Shown here piece after piece: positions 10,202 to 19,658 of a stretch of 64,000 bases of DNA. The position numbers and the translations under genes are program-made. The notes under the pieces are model-generated. The model had not been told where the DNA came from. It did not search any database and saw only the letters and a program-made list of their open reading frames with translations. The DNA is from Spirochaetota bacterium (GTDB lineage: Bacteria; Spirochaetota; UBA4802; UBA5550), in NCBI GenBank assembly GCA_963664815.2, contig CAXXHB010000002.1, positions 544,001 through 608,000 of the forward strand. Direction: 5' to 3'. The number at the start of each line of letters is the position of its first letter. Within the stretch, counting starts at the first letter, position 1.

Positions 10202-10981
10202 TTATTTATCATTAAATACAGGTTTTCTTTTTTCGATGAAAGCATTGACTGATTCTTGTTTGTCTTCTGTTCCGAAGCAGTAGATTGACTGTGCCTGTTC
10301 AAACATCAGGCTTGCATAAGTATTACCCTCAGCAGCAACATTTATTCCCCACTTGGCAAATCTTATTGCAGATGGCGAAAGATTTGCTACCCTTTTTGCA
10401 AGCTGTAGTGTTTTACTTTCCAGTTCTTCAGGCTTGACAAGATATTCAACAAGTCCAATCCTGTAGGCTTCGGCAGCATCAATCATCTCTGTGAAGAGGG
10501 AAAGTTTTTTTGCCTGTCCTATTCCAACGAGCTTTGTAAGTCTTGTAGTCCCGGTCTGATCTGCTGCAAGTCCGAATTTAACCTCAGGTAATGCAAGAGT
10601 TGCCCCCTCTGCCGCAATTCTTATATCGCAGCTCAGTGCAAGTTCAAGCCCTCCGCCGAGACAGAATCCCTTGATTGCTGCAATTACCGGCATCGGAAAC
10701 TCCTGGAACCTGCTGAAAGTTCTCTGAAGGAAATTGAGATTATCTTTTACAAATCTTGTATCAACTGTTTTCAGAAATCCGGTGTCTACACCTGCGGAAA
10801 AATGTGCGCCATCTGTACAGACTATTACGGCTCTCAACTGATTGTCTTTGGATATATCTTCCTGAATATCCGCAAGTGTTAAAATCACTTCACTATTAAG
10901 AAGGTTAAGTCCGCTGGGATCGCAAAATGTAATGGTTGCGATATAACCGTCTTTAGTAAGCTTTATTTTCGGGTCGCTCAT
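10202..10981 (-). CDS. Enoyl-CoA hydratase/isomerase (crotonase) family protein
   Basis: Motifs FSAGVD, PVIAAIKGFCLGGGLELALSCDIRIA, LPEVKFGL and C-terminal FIEKRKPVF. Confidence 0.93.
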   Translation of the reverse strand: MSDPKIKLTKDGYIATITFCDPSGLNLLNSEVILTLADIQEDISKDNQLRAVIVCTDGAHFSAGVDTGFLKTVDTRFVKDNLNFLQRTFSRFQEFPMPVIAAIKGFCLGGGLELALSCDIRIAAEGATLALPEVKFGLAADQTGTTRLTKLVGIGQAKKLSLFTEMIDAAEAYRIGLVEYLVKPEELESKTLQLAKRVANLSPSAIRFAKWGINVAAEGNTYASLMFEQAQSIYCFGTEDKQESVNAFIEKRKPVFNDK

Positions 10982-11162
10982 AAATTTACCTCATTTATTT
11001 ATTATTTAACTGGAAAGAATACTATTATAATTATTTTAATCAGACAAAGTTAAACATATTAAATTATTATTCAAGGAATAAAAGTATTCTGACTTAATTT
11101 TTAAAAGGACATTAATGGCAGTTTTAAAAGTTCAGTTATTTAAAACTTTTGTAAATTAAAAG

Positions 11163-11483
11163 TTAAAATAATATCATTATTTTATACTCTCTTGCACTTT
11201 GTGAATGTTCAATTGATATATTTGTGAAAAAATTCTGTTCAAGCTGAAACTCAAAATCGGAAAGCCATTTTATAAATTCTTTTTTATCAAGAATAGATTT
11301 GCTGAAAGAAAGTTCAAGGTCGAATTCGTTTACTATAGTAAAAATTTCAATTAGGCTGTTGTCCTCTTTTGTAAGAATTGCTTTGAACATATTAATATCG
11401 AGGGCTTCAATTTTTATATGAGATGATGATTCAAGAGTGTGTGCGGCTATGTCCAGTACTTTCATGTAATCAATAGAGGGCAT
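11163..11483 (-). CDS. Hypothetical protein
   Basis: 106-aa ORF with RBS (AAGGAG), co-oriented and packed behind the NYN gene. No motif recognised. Confidence 0.7.
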   Translation of the reverse strand: MPSIDYMKVLDIAAHTLESSSHIKIEALDINMFKAILTKEDNSLIEIFTIVNEFDLELSFSKSILDKKEFIKWLSDFEFQLEQNFFTNISIEHSQSAREYKIMILF

Positions 11484-11495
11484 ATAATAACTCCT

Positions 11496-11999
11496 TTATT
11501 TTTTCCGGAAAAGTTTCTGCCAGTATGAAATCTCTTCTTCTGAGATTGAAGGATTTTCTTTTTCAGCCGCAACTTTCTGAAGTTCCAGCTCCTTAAAATA
11601 AGTTTCAATAGTTGCATTCAGTGATTCGGCAAATTTTTCACTGGTTATATTTTTTGCCCCGAACCTGTTGATAAAGAATATAATATCTTTATCCGAAGTA
11701 ATTACAGTTGTCATTTTCGGATTCAGGTCTTTCTTTATAAATTGTTTTATAAGATAATCTGCAGAATAGTCAAGTGAATAATAGATATCAATTTTGCCTA
11801 TACGTTCGCTGGATGTTTCTATGGTTTTGTCTTTCTTGCCGTCAAAAACAACACTGATTGCAGTTTTCTTTATTTTCTGGAATTCCTTAAGTTTTTCAAG
11901 CAGACCTGCCCTTGCCGTATTAAGCTGGCCCATGTACATCATAGCTTCAAGGTCGGGAAATTTGTAAATAAGATTGAATCCGTCAATAAGTAAAGGCAT
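11496..11999 (-). CDS. NYN domain protein (YacP/Rae1-like PIN-fold RNase)
   Basis: Acidic catalytic motifs LLIDGFNL, VVFDG, ADYLI, VITSD. Confidence 0.85.
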   Translation of the reverse strand: MPLLIDGFNLIYKFPDLEAMMYMGQLNTARAGLLEKLKEFQKIKKTAISVVFDGKKDKTIETSSERIGKIDIYYSLDYSADYLIKQFIKKDLNPKMTTVITSDKDIIFFINRFGAKNITSEKFAESLNATIETYFKELELQKVAAEKENPSISEEEISYWQKLFRKK

Positions 12000-12060
12000 A
12001 ATTACTACCGGTATTTAAAATTTAGACTTTTAATTAAACTGGCTTTGAATCAATATATCT

Positions 12061-12498
12061 TCATGTATCTTTATGGAGTTCAATTAAAGTCCGTTTTACT
12101 GTAAAACCATTATCAATGAAAAATTTTAAAGTTTCAGGAGATGTATCAGAAACAGCAAATATAAAATTTACAGCGCTTGATTTTTTTGATTTCAATATGA
12201 AGGATTTCAGAAGCTCCACCCTTATTTCGGTTTTGAGAAATTCAGGTTTTACTCCCATCCAGTGAATTAGGGAGTCTTTGTCACTTATTGAACCGATTAT
12301 AAAACCGAGTACTTTTTTTTTCCTGGCGGCAGTAAGTTGAATAGTGTTATCTGATGCAAAAATGTCCGCGAGATTTTCAGGGCTCATCCTAAATGAAAGA
12401 CTTATAAATGAATGTTCATCATTACCTAATAAATAGATCTGCCTCAGATCAGATTCGACAGTCTCCCGTATGATTATACCTTTTTCAGAAAGGCTCAT
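12061..12498 (-). CDS. GNAT family N-acetyltransferase
   Basis: IIRETVESDL start, VLGFI, WMGVKPEF, FFIDNGF. The acetyl-CoA loop is degenerate. Confidence 0.7.
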   Translation of the reverse strand: MSLSEKGIIIRETVESDLRQIYLLGNDEHSFISLSFRMSPENLADIFASDNTIQLTAARKKKVLGFIIGSISDKDSLIHWMGVKPEFLKTEIRVELLKSFILKSKKSSAVNFIFAVSDTSPETLKFFIDNGFTVKRTLIELHKDT

Positions 12499-13280
12499 TT
12501 CTTCAGCATCCGGGTAAAATTTTCAGTTACTGAATTTTCAAGGTATGAAAGCGGAATTTTTTTTAAAGAAGAGATAAATTTATATGTATGCTTGATGAAT
12601 TCAGGAAGATTCGGTTTACCACGCATGGGGACAGGTGAAAGAAAGGGTGAGTCAGTTTCAACAAGTATTCTGTCAAGCGGTACATAGTCGATTGCATCAT
12701 GCAGCTCAAAGGCATTTTTGTATGTAACATTACCTGCGAAGGATATCAAAAACCCCATATCCAGCACACGTTTTGCTGCTTTTGAATCTCCCGCGAAACA
12801 GTGCATAATCCCATATCCGCAATTTTTTCTTTTAAGAATTTCGAGTGTTTCATCCATGGCATTACGGGAATGAACAATCAGCGGAAGTTTAAATTTCTTA
12901 GCGACATCAATCTGCGTTTCAAATGAATTAATCTGCATAACCTTTGGCTGGTGCATACGATAATAATCAAGTCCGCATTCTCCAATACCGAAGAGAAGAT
13001 TACTGTATATGCTGTTCATCTCTTTATCAACAAATATTTCCAGATTTGATAGTTTCTGTTCCTGTGCCGGAGACGATGGGTGTATTCCTATTGTATAAAA
13101 AACTCCATTTTCAGAATTTCTTTTAGAGAAATCGCGGGACCAGATAAAATCTTTTTCTTCGATTGATATCTGAACTGCATATTGAAGATCATTATCTTTC
13201 AGGGATTTTATAAGGATCTCCTCGGAAAATTTATTATCGTCAAGTATTATGTTGAAGTGTACATGCGAATCGAGAATCAT
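12495..13280 (-). CDS. tatD: TatD family hydrolase
   Basis: Motifs DSHVH, GIHP, IGECGLDY, IVHSR, MHCF, VETDSPF. Confidence 0.95.
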   Translation of the reverse strand: MILDSHVHFNIILDDNKFSEEILIKSLKDNDLQYAVQISIEEKDFIWSRDFSKRNSENGVFYTIGIHPSSPAQEQKLSNLEIFVDKEMNSIYSNLLFGIGECGLDYYRMHQPKVMQINSFETQIDVAKKFKLPLIVHSRNAMDETLEILKRKNCGYGIMHCFAGDSKAAKRVLDMGFLISFAGNVTYKNAFELHDAIDYVPLDRILVETDSPFLSPVPMRGKPNLPEFIKHTYKFISSLKKIPLSYLENSVTENFTRMLKK

Positions 13281-13803
13281 CTTTTAACCTGTTTATTTAT
13301 GTGATTATTAATATTAATTTTAGCGTGGGTTTATAATCAAGAAGAAAATTTAAAATGATTCCAGATAAAAATTTCTAAAATAAAAAAGTTTTTAAAGATG
13401 TTATGTTTTTACAAGATGGATAGTTCTTTAGTAAATTTTAGTTTGACTTTTTTAAAGAAAAAGGATCTATTATAGACAACCTTATTTATCATCTGTTATG
13501 TGAATAATTATACTCAATTGATTTAATAATTTAAAATTCCGGTATATAGAGGTTGAATTAAAGTTTTACAGTTAAATAATTCTTCCTGGAATCTGAATAC
13601 AAAAAAGGCAGGAAATGATGATCAATGTAAACTGCTTGAATCCATTCTATGACATTTAAAATTCGTTGATTATTAACGCAGTGTTTATATCCGGAATCTG
13701 ACTTTAAGGGGTGTCCTTCAAATTATTAGCCACTGAAGTTGTGAAAGAACAGTTTTTAATTTAAATATTCGGAAAGAACCGGGAACAGCAGTCTGGAGGA
13801 AAT

Positions 13804-16800
13804 ATGAAAAAGAAATTATTACTTAATACAGGTCTTATCTTTGTTCTGGGATTTTCTGTATTCTGTTTAATGCAGAACTGGCGGATTCTTATTGGAAATC
13901 CCGCAGCGTCTAAAATTAAACTTGAGTTACCATCATTCGGATCTTCTGACGGGAAGGGAAATTATTATATCATTGATAAATCACGAAGGAGAGTTATATC
14001 CTCAGATAAAAATGGTATTGTTCTTTCAATTATTGATGGGGGGAGTAAAGATCCTGGAACTTTTTTTTATGCGAATGAAGTTATCGCTGATAAAGAGGGC
14101 AGGATATATATTCTCAACTGGGTTCTTGATAAATCCGGTTTTTTTATGGAACGTGAAGAGATACTTCGCTATAGCGTAGATGGTACGTTCGATAAAATAA
14201 TCTATTCAAAAACTTATGATGCAGAAAACAGAATTCCCACGCTCGTCCAGAGAGGACAATTAAGCGGACTTTTTTTCAGGGGAGATACAATCAACTGGTA
14301 TGATATAGACATTAAGGGTATATGGTCATATTCTTTGAATGTTTTGAATGGGACATTAAACCATATTCTTACAGTTGAACTCCATGATGCTAATCTGATT
14401 GTTTCAAGTATTGTATCTTCTGATAATGAAACAGTAATCTATGTCACAAAAAAAGGGGAGATTGTTGAAAAGAGAAAGGGTTTGTCTCCTGTTATAAGGT
14501 ATTCAGCGGATAGAGAGTCAGGAACTCTTTCCATACCATGGCATGTAGGGATTGATAAAACCGGGGTAATTTATTTTTCTGATATTGAAAAAAGAAAAAT
14601 AATGAAGATTTCAGATAAAGGTCAGATCTCTCCTGTTCTCTCGCGTGAAATTTTTGAATCTCAGAAGATAACAACGGATGAATTTACCTATTACAGATTT
14701 TCAGTTCTTCCGGACGGGCGGTTGACTACCTGCAATGACTCATATCTTGTTTCTCTTGACAGCAGCGGTAAAGTACTTATTCATACAGGTTTTTTGCAAT
14801 ATCCCGGATCAATGATTTTTAAAGCATTTATGATGTGGTTTATCTTTCTGGCCGGCATTATTTCATTTGTAGCATTAGGCTGGTTCTTTTTTACTGATGT
14901 AATGAACAGAAAAATACCTGACGTACTGCTTAAAGCTGCTGGTATTATTATAGTGATTGGTGTGTCGGCTGTACTTATTTCCAGTCTTATTGTGCAGAAC
15001 TTTTCATCCCGTTATCAGAAAGCAGCGCTAAATAAGATTGCCCAGATGGTACAGATAATTCCAAAAGTTATTGAAGCTTCCAATCTTGAAAAAATTACGC
15101 ATCAGAGTGATTTTCTTGGAAAGGATTACCGTGCAATACGGGAAGATCTTCTTACTTCGCTGAATTATAATAAAGATGAATGGAACAATAGTTATTATTT
15201 TGTTCTTTATAAGGTAATTAATGAAAGACTCTATGCTTTTATGTATCTCAACGGGGAAGTTGGTATTTATTATCCTTTATCATGGTTTGATGATCCTCAA
15301 AGTATTTATCACAGTGCATATAAAGGGGAAATTGTTACAGAATCTGTAAATGATCCATGGGGGAGCTGGCTTTACGGAGTGGGCCCAATCTGTAATAAAG
15401 AGGGTAAGGTAATAGCTTTGCTGGAAATCGGGACAGATTTTTACAGTTTTACGCAGGAGAATAACAGGCTAATCCGTGAAATTATACTTGATGTTGTGAC
15501 AATGCTGGTAATTTTTGTGCTTGCTATGATTGAAGCAACTTTTCTTATTGAAATGCTGAAGCAGAGAGAGAAACGGATCCGTCTCCTTGCAGAGGGTAAA
15601 ACTCTAAGAAAAGCAGATCATTATACCGATGCATTTCTTGCACGGCCTGTTACATTCATTTTCTTTACAGCAATTTCCATGTCTGTTGTATTTATCCCGC
15701 TGATGATGCAGAACTTTTATCATCCGGTTCCAGGTCTTTCAAAAAATCTTGTTCTTGGGCTGCCTATTTCATGTGAGATGCTTTTTTTCGGTATTTCCAG
15801 TATCTATTCAGGAACCCTGATTTCAAATCGTGGCTGGCGCTTTGTTGCACGTCTTGGCTTTCTGGTAACAGGAATCGGGCTGCTTGCTTCAGGATTGTCG
15901 AGCGGAATGATAACATTCCTTGCAGCGAGAGGGATAACAGGTCTTGGCGCTGGATTTTTCTTTATGTCCATGCGGGGATTAATTAACTGTGAAGGTATGC
16001 AGGAGATGCGGGGAGAGAGCTTTTCCAATTTTTATTCTGCAATGATTGTTGGTACTGCAATTGGAGCAGTTGTCGGAGGTATAATTGCTGATAAGCTTAG
16101 TTATTCTGCAGTATTTTATTTTGCCTTTGTAGTTCTTCTGGTGGCTTTTTTGTTTGATCTTTTATATTTCAGAAAAATGTCATTCATGGAAACTGCTGTC
16201 CATAAGATTCCTGAGAAGGGAGCTATTACATCAAGTATGAAAACATTTTTTTCAGATCCGCTTGTCATCGGTTTTTTTCTTCTTATTGTTATTCCGACAT
16301 ATGTAGCGAGTACATTTCTCACTTACTTTTTTCCGATTTTTGCAGAGGCAAACAAAGTTTCATCTTCGACAGTAGGACGTTTGTTTATATTAAACGGTGT
16401 ATTTGTCATTTATCTTGGTCCGGTTCTGAGCAGATTTTTCAGCAGTAAGATGAAATCCGGAAGTACTATGGTTTTCGGATCTGCCCTGTGGGCCTGTGCT
16501 CTTCTTATTTCGGCAATTACAGGCAGCTTTGCCGGAGCGGTTATGGCGCTTATTATTATGGGTATAACTGAAGGATTCTGCGTAAGCGCACAGAATAATT
16601 ATTTTCTGGACATGAAGGCATCCACCGCAATAGGAGAGGACCAGGCAATCGGATATTTTGAGATGGTGGGTAAATTTGCTGAAATGTTCGGGCCTATTTT
16701 ATTCAGTTTAGCGATTATTCTCGGTCAGCTTGCGGGGCTTTCCATAGTCGCGGCAGGAGTTTTCGGTTTTGCTGCATTATATATTTTTTTCGCAATGAGA

Positions 16801-16809
16801 AAAAATTGA
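13804..16809 (+). CDS. Membrane protein: NHL/beta-propeller-like plus Cache-like extracytoplasmic sensor fused to a C-terminal MFS transporter
   Basis: RBS GGAGGA. N-terminal TM, propeller-type repeats (DGKGNYYIID, DKEGRIYILN, DKTGVIYFSD), a TM pair, a Cache-like segment and a TM. The last ~390 aa form a 12-TM MFS (ARGITGLGAG, GAVVGGIIADK). Confidence 0.8.
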   Translation: MKKKLLLNTGLIFVLGFSVFCLMQNWRILIGNPAASKIKLELPSFGSSDGKGNYYIIDKSRRRVISSDKNGIVLSIIDGGSKDPGTFFYANEVIADKEGRIYILNWVLDKSGFFMEREEILRYSVDGTFDKIIYSKTYDAENRIPTLVQRGQLSGLFFRGDTINWYDIDIKGIWSYSLNVLNGTLNHILTVELHDANLIVSSIVSSDNETVIYVTKKGEIVEKRKGLSPVIRYSADRESGTLSIPWHVGIDKTGVIYFSDIEKRKIMKISDKGQISPVLSREIFESQKITTDEFTYYRFSVLPDGRLTTCNDSYLVSLDSSGKVLIHTGFLQYPGSMIFKAFMMWFIFLAGIISFVALGWFFFTDVMNRKIPDVLLKAAGIIIVIGVSAVLISSLIVQNFSSRYQKAALNKIAQMVQIIPKVIEASNLEKITHQSDFLGKDYRAIREDLLTSLNYNKDEWNNSYYFVLYKVINERLYAFMYLNGEVGIYYPLSWFDDPQSIYHSAYKGEIVTESVNDPWGSWLYGVGPICNKEGKVIALLEIGTDFYSFTQENNRLIREIILDVVTMLVIFVLAMIEATFLIEMLKQREKRIRLLAEGKTLRKADHYTDAFLARPVTFIFFTAISMSVVFIPLMMQNFYHPVPGLSKNLVLGLPISCEMLFFGISSIYSGTLISNRGWRFVARLGFLVTGIGLLASGLSSGMITFLAARGITGLGAGFFFMSMRGLINCEGMQEMRGESFSNFYSAMIVGTAIGAVVGGIIADKLSYSAVFYFAFVVLLVAFLFDLLYFRKMSFMETAVHKIPEKGAITSSMKTFFSDPLVIGFFLLIVIPTYVASTFLTYFFPIFAEANKVSSSTVGRLFILNGVFVIYLGPVLSRFFSSKMKSGSTMVFGSALWACALLISAITGSFAGAVMALIIMGITEGFCVSAQNNYFLDMKASTAIGEDQAIGYFEMVGKFAEMFGPILFSLAIILGQLAGLSIVAAGVFGFAALYIFFAMRKN

Positions 16810-16868
16810 ATTAACATCTCTCCGCAGAGGGAGGGGTTTAATATTAATGGATTGATTACAGGAGCAGT

Positions 16869-19658
16869 ATGAAAAGTAAGCATTATATTATGATGTCAGT
16901 ACTGGTTCTGGCAATTACAATATCAGGTATTATATCATATAAATTTTCTTCGAGTTTGTTTTCAAATCCCTTCAATAGAGATTTTCACTATGAAAATCCA
17001 TCCTACTCGATAACAGACAATGAGGGGAGTAATTATGTAATAGATCGCTCAATGAGGCGTATTGTTAAAATAGATGTACGTGGAAATCTTTCATGGATTA
17101 TTGAAGGGGGATCAAGGGAAAGAGGTTCTTTTTTTTATGCCTATGAGATAGCGGTGGACGAGCGAGGAATGCTTTATGTAATAAATGGTGTTCTTGATAA
17201 TGAAGGGTTTTTCATGGTAAGGGAGGAAATTCTCCGTTACAGTGCTGCCGGAGTTTTTGAAGAGGTTATATATTCAAAAAATTATAAATCTGAAGAAAGA
17301 GGTCCTTCTCTTGTTCAGCGCGGACAATTTCTTTCATTACATGCAGAGAAGCAGACAGTCGAATGGTTTGATATCGACAATCAAGGCATACAGTCAATAC
17401 GCGTTGTTATGCCTCAGAGATCTGTCGAAAGGAAGACCGGGGTCTTTTTAAAAAATGCCAACCTTCTTGTTTCAAGTGCAGTACGTCATTCAGATGGATC
17501 TGTCATCTATTGTACAAAAAAGGGAAAAATATATATATCTGCAGATCAGAGTGATGGATTATTATTATATTCCGCAGATGATCATAAAGAAGGTCTTTCA
17601 ATACCATGGTGGGTAGCAGTTGATAAAAAGGGGATTATATATTTTACTGATTTAGGAAGCCGCTCTGTATTGCGTTTAAATCCTGATAAAACTCCGGATA
17701 CAATTTTATCCAAAGAAATAATAGAAAAAGCTGGATTACAGACTGGTTCTTTTATCTATTACAGGTTCAGCATAAATAAAGATGGAATGATTACAACCTG
17801 TAACGATTATTATACTGTGGTTTTGTCAGCTGATGGGAAAAGCATTGTACGCTATTCAGATGGCGGCAGAATTTCTTTAAGTAATGTAATATTAAAAGTT
17901 TCAGGCTGGTCTGTTTTTATCATAGGAACAATATTTGTAATAATAGCTGCAATATTTGGTTATATTAAAATTCTTAACCGGCGTATTCCGCTTATGATAA
18001 AGCAGGTTCTGATTTTTGTACCAATGCTTATTGTATCAGTTGCATTACCCGCAAACATGATTATAGAAGATTTTTCAGAGCGTTATAAAGAAGAATTAAA
18101 CAAAAAAATTTCTCAGATGGTACAGGTGGCACCTAAAGTAATTAATCCTGATGATCTTAAACGGATAATCAAACATGAAGATTATATGAGTGATTCATAT
18201 AACAGAGTCAGGGGTTCACTGCTTGAGGCATTTAATTACAACAATGATGACTGGAACAGGGGATTCTATTTTGCAATCTATCGGGTTTATCAGGATAATA
18301 TTTATGGATGCATGTATCTTAACGGAGGAATAGGAATATATTATCCTTTTACATATTTTGATGATCCTCAAAGCATATATCGCAACGCATATAAAGGGCA
18401 AATTGTTACTGAATCGCTGAGTGATGCATTTGGAAGCTGGTTGTACGGTGTAGGTCCCATATATGACAGGGATGGAAAGGTGACGGCGATTATAGAAGTC
18501 GGAACAGATCTTTACAGTTATACCCAGGCGAATAACAGGCTTATTATGAAAATGCTGGTTCGTATATTTCTTATTACAGTTCTTTTTGTTATACTTTTAA
18601 TGATTGTAACCTATCTATTACTTGTCTCGATTAAACGACTCAGCTCCGGTGTAACCAGACTTTCTCAGGGGGAGTGGGAAACTAAAGTAAGTATTGGTAA
18701 ACGGAACGATGAGGTTTCGGACCTTGCGCAGGGTTTCAACAGGATGTCGGAGTATATACTGAATTATATTAATGAAATAGTAAATCTCAATAAAGGATAT
18801 CAGCGTTTTGTGCCTGAACAGTTTCTGCATTATCTGGACAAGGAGAACGTTACACAGGTTCAGCTTGGCGATCAGGTACACAAAGTGATGACTGTAATGT
18901 TTTCAGATATCCGTTCATTTACTACACTTTCAGAGAAAATGACTCCGAAGGAAAACTTTGATTTTCTGAATTCCTACCTTAAGCATGTTGGGCCGGTAAT
19001 ACGGGAAAACAACGGGTTTATTGATAAATATATTGGTGATGCTGTTATGGCGCTGTTCCCTCACTCAGCGGATGATGCCCTGGAGGCAGCTATAGGTATT
19101 TTTGAAAATCTTCATGATTTCAATGAAAACCGCGAGAAGATAGGGGAACCCCCTATTGAAATAGGATTGGGTCTTCATACCGGGCCTCTTATGATGGGAA
19201 TTATTGGTGAGGATGAAAGGATGGAAGGGACTGTGATCTCCGATAATGTGAACTTTGCTTCACGTCTGGAGGGACTTACAAAGCACTACGGAGCACGTAT
19301 ACTTATAAGTGAAATGACATATAAACAGCTCGCTCATCCGGAACGTTATCTTATACGGAACCTTGGAAAAGTTAAGGTTAAAGGGAAGAATGAACCTGTT
19401 TCAGTATATGAGGTAATGGATCCCCTTCCCTTCAAACAGAAATCAATGAAAATTAAAACAAAAGATGTTCTTGAAAAAGGGATAGCGCTTTATCAGCATA
19501 AACGGTTTTCAGAGGCGCTTGAAAAATTTAATAAAATTCTGGCTGTTGATAAAAATGATAAAATTGTAAACAAGTATTACAATATCTGCAATGTATGCGC
19601 GGAAAACCCACCTGACGCAGTTGATTGGGATGGTACTCTTGAAATGAGGGAAAAATGA
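16869..19658 (+). CDS. Membrane-bound class III adenylyl cyclase with beta-propeller plus Cache-like sensor and HAMP domain
   Basis: Cyclase motifs FSDIRSFT, DKYIGDAVMALF, TVISDNVNFASRLEGLTK and VKGK. HAMP motif RNDEVSDLAQGFNRM. The N-terminal region is paralogous to that of the preceding gene. Confidence 0.9.
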   Translation: MKSKHYIMMSVLVLAITISGIISYKFSSSLFSNPFNRDFHYENPSYSITDNEGSNYVIDRSMRRIVKIDVRGNLSWIIEGGSRERGSFFYAYEIAVDERGMLYVINGVLDNEGFFMVREEILRYSAAGVFEEVIYSKNYKSEERGPSLVQRGQFLSLHAEKQTVEWFDIDNQGIQSIRVVMPQRSVERKTGVFLKNANLLVSSAVRHSDGSVIYCTKKGKIYISADQSDGLLLYSADDHKEGLSIPWWVAVDKKGIIYFTDLGSRSVLRLNPDKTPDTILSKEIIEKAGLQTGSFIYYRFSINKDGMITTCNDYYTVVLSADGKSIVRYSDGGRISLSNVILKVSGWSVFIIGTIFVIIAAIFGYIKILNRRIPLMIKQVLIFVPMLIVSVALPANMIIEDFSERYKEELNKKISQMVQVAPKVINPDDLKRIIKHEDYMSDSYNRVRGSLLEAFNYNNDDWNRGFYFAIYRVYQDNIYGCMYLNGGIGIYYPFTYFDDPQSIYRNAYKGQIVTESLSDAFGSWLYGVGPIYDRDGKVTAIIEVGTDLYSYTQANNRLIMKMLVRIFLITVLFVILLMIVTYLLLVSIKRLSSGVTRLSQGEWETKVSIGKRNDEVSDLAQGFNRMSEYILNYINEIVNLNKGYQRFVPEQFLHYLDKENVTQVQLGDQVHKVMTVMFSDIRSFTTLSEKMTPKENFDFLNSYLKHVGPVIRENNGFIDKYIGDAVMALFPHSADDALEAAIGIFENLHDFNENREKIGEPPIEIGLGLHTGPLMMGIIGEDERMEGTVISDNVNFASRLEGLTKHYGARILISEMTYKQLAHPERYLIRNLGKVKVKGKNEPVSVYEVMDPLPFKQKSMKIKTKDVLEKGIALYQHKRFSEALEKFNKILAVDKNDKIVNKYYNICNVCAENPPDAVDWDGTLEMREK

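Noticed and set aside
13545-13740. Lysine or c-di-AMP riboswitch in the long leader (AGAGGT start)
   Set aside because: The downstream conserved elements of either family are not recognisable; kept only as an unassigned possible structure.
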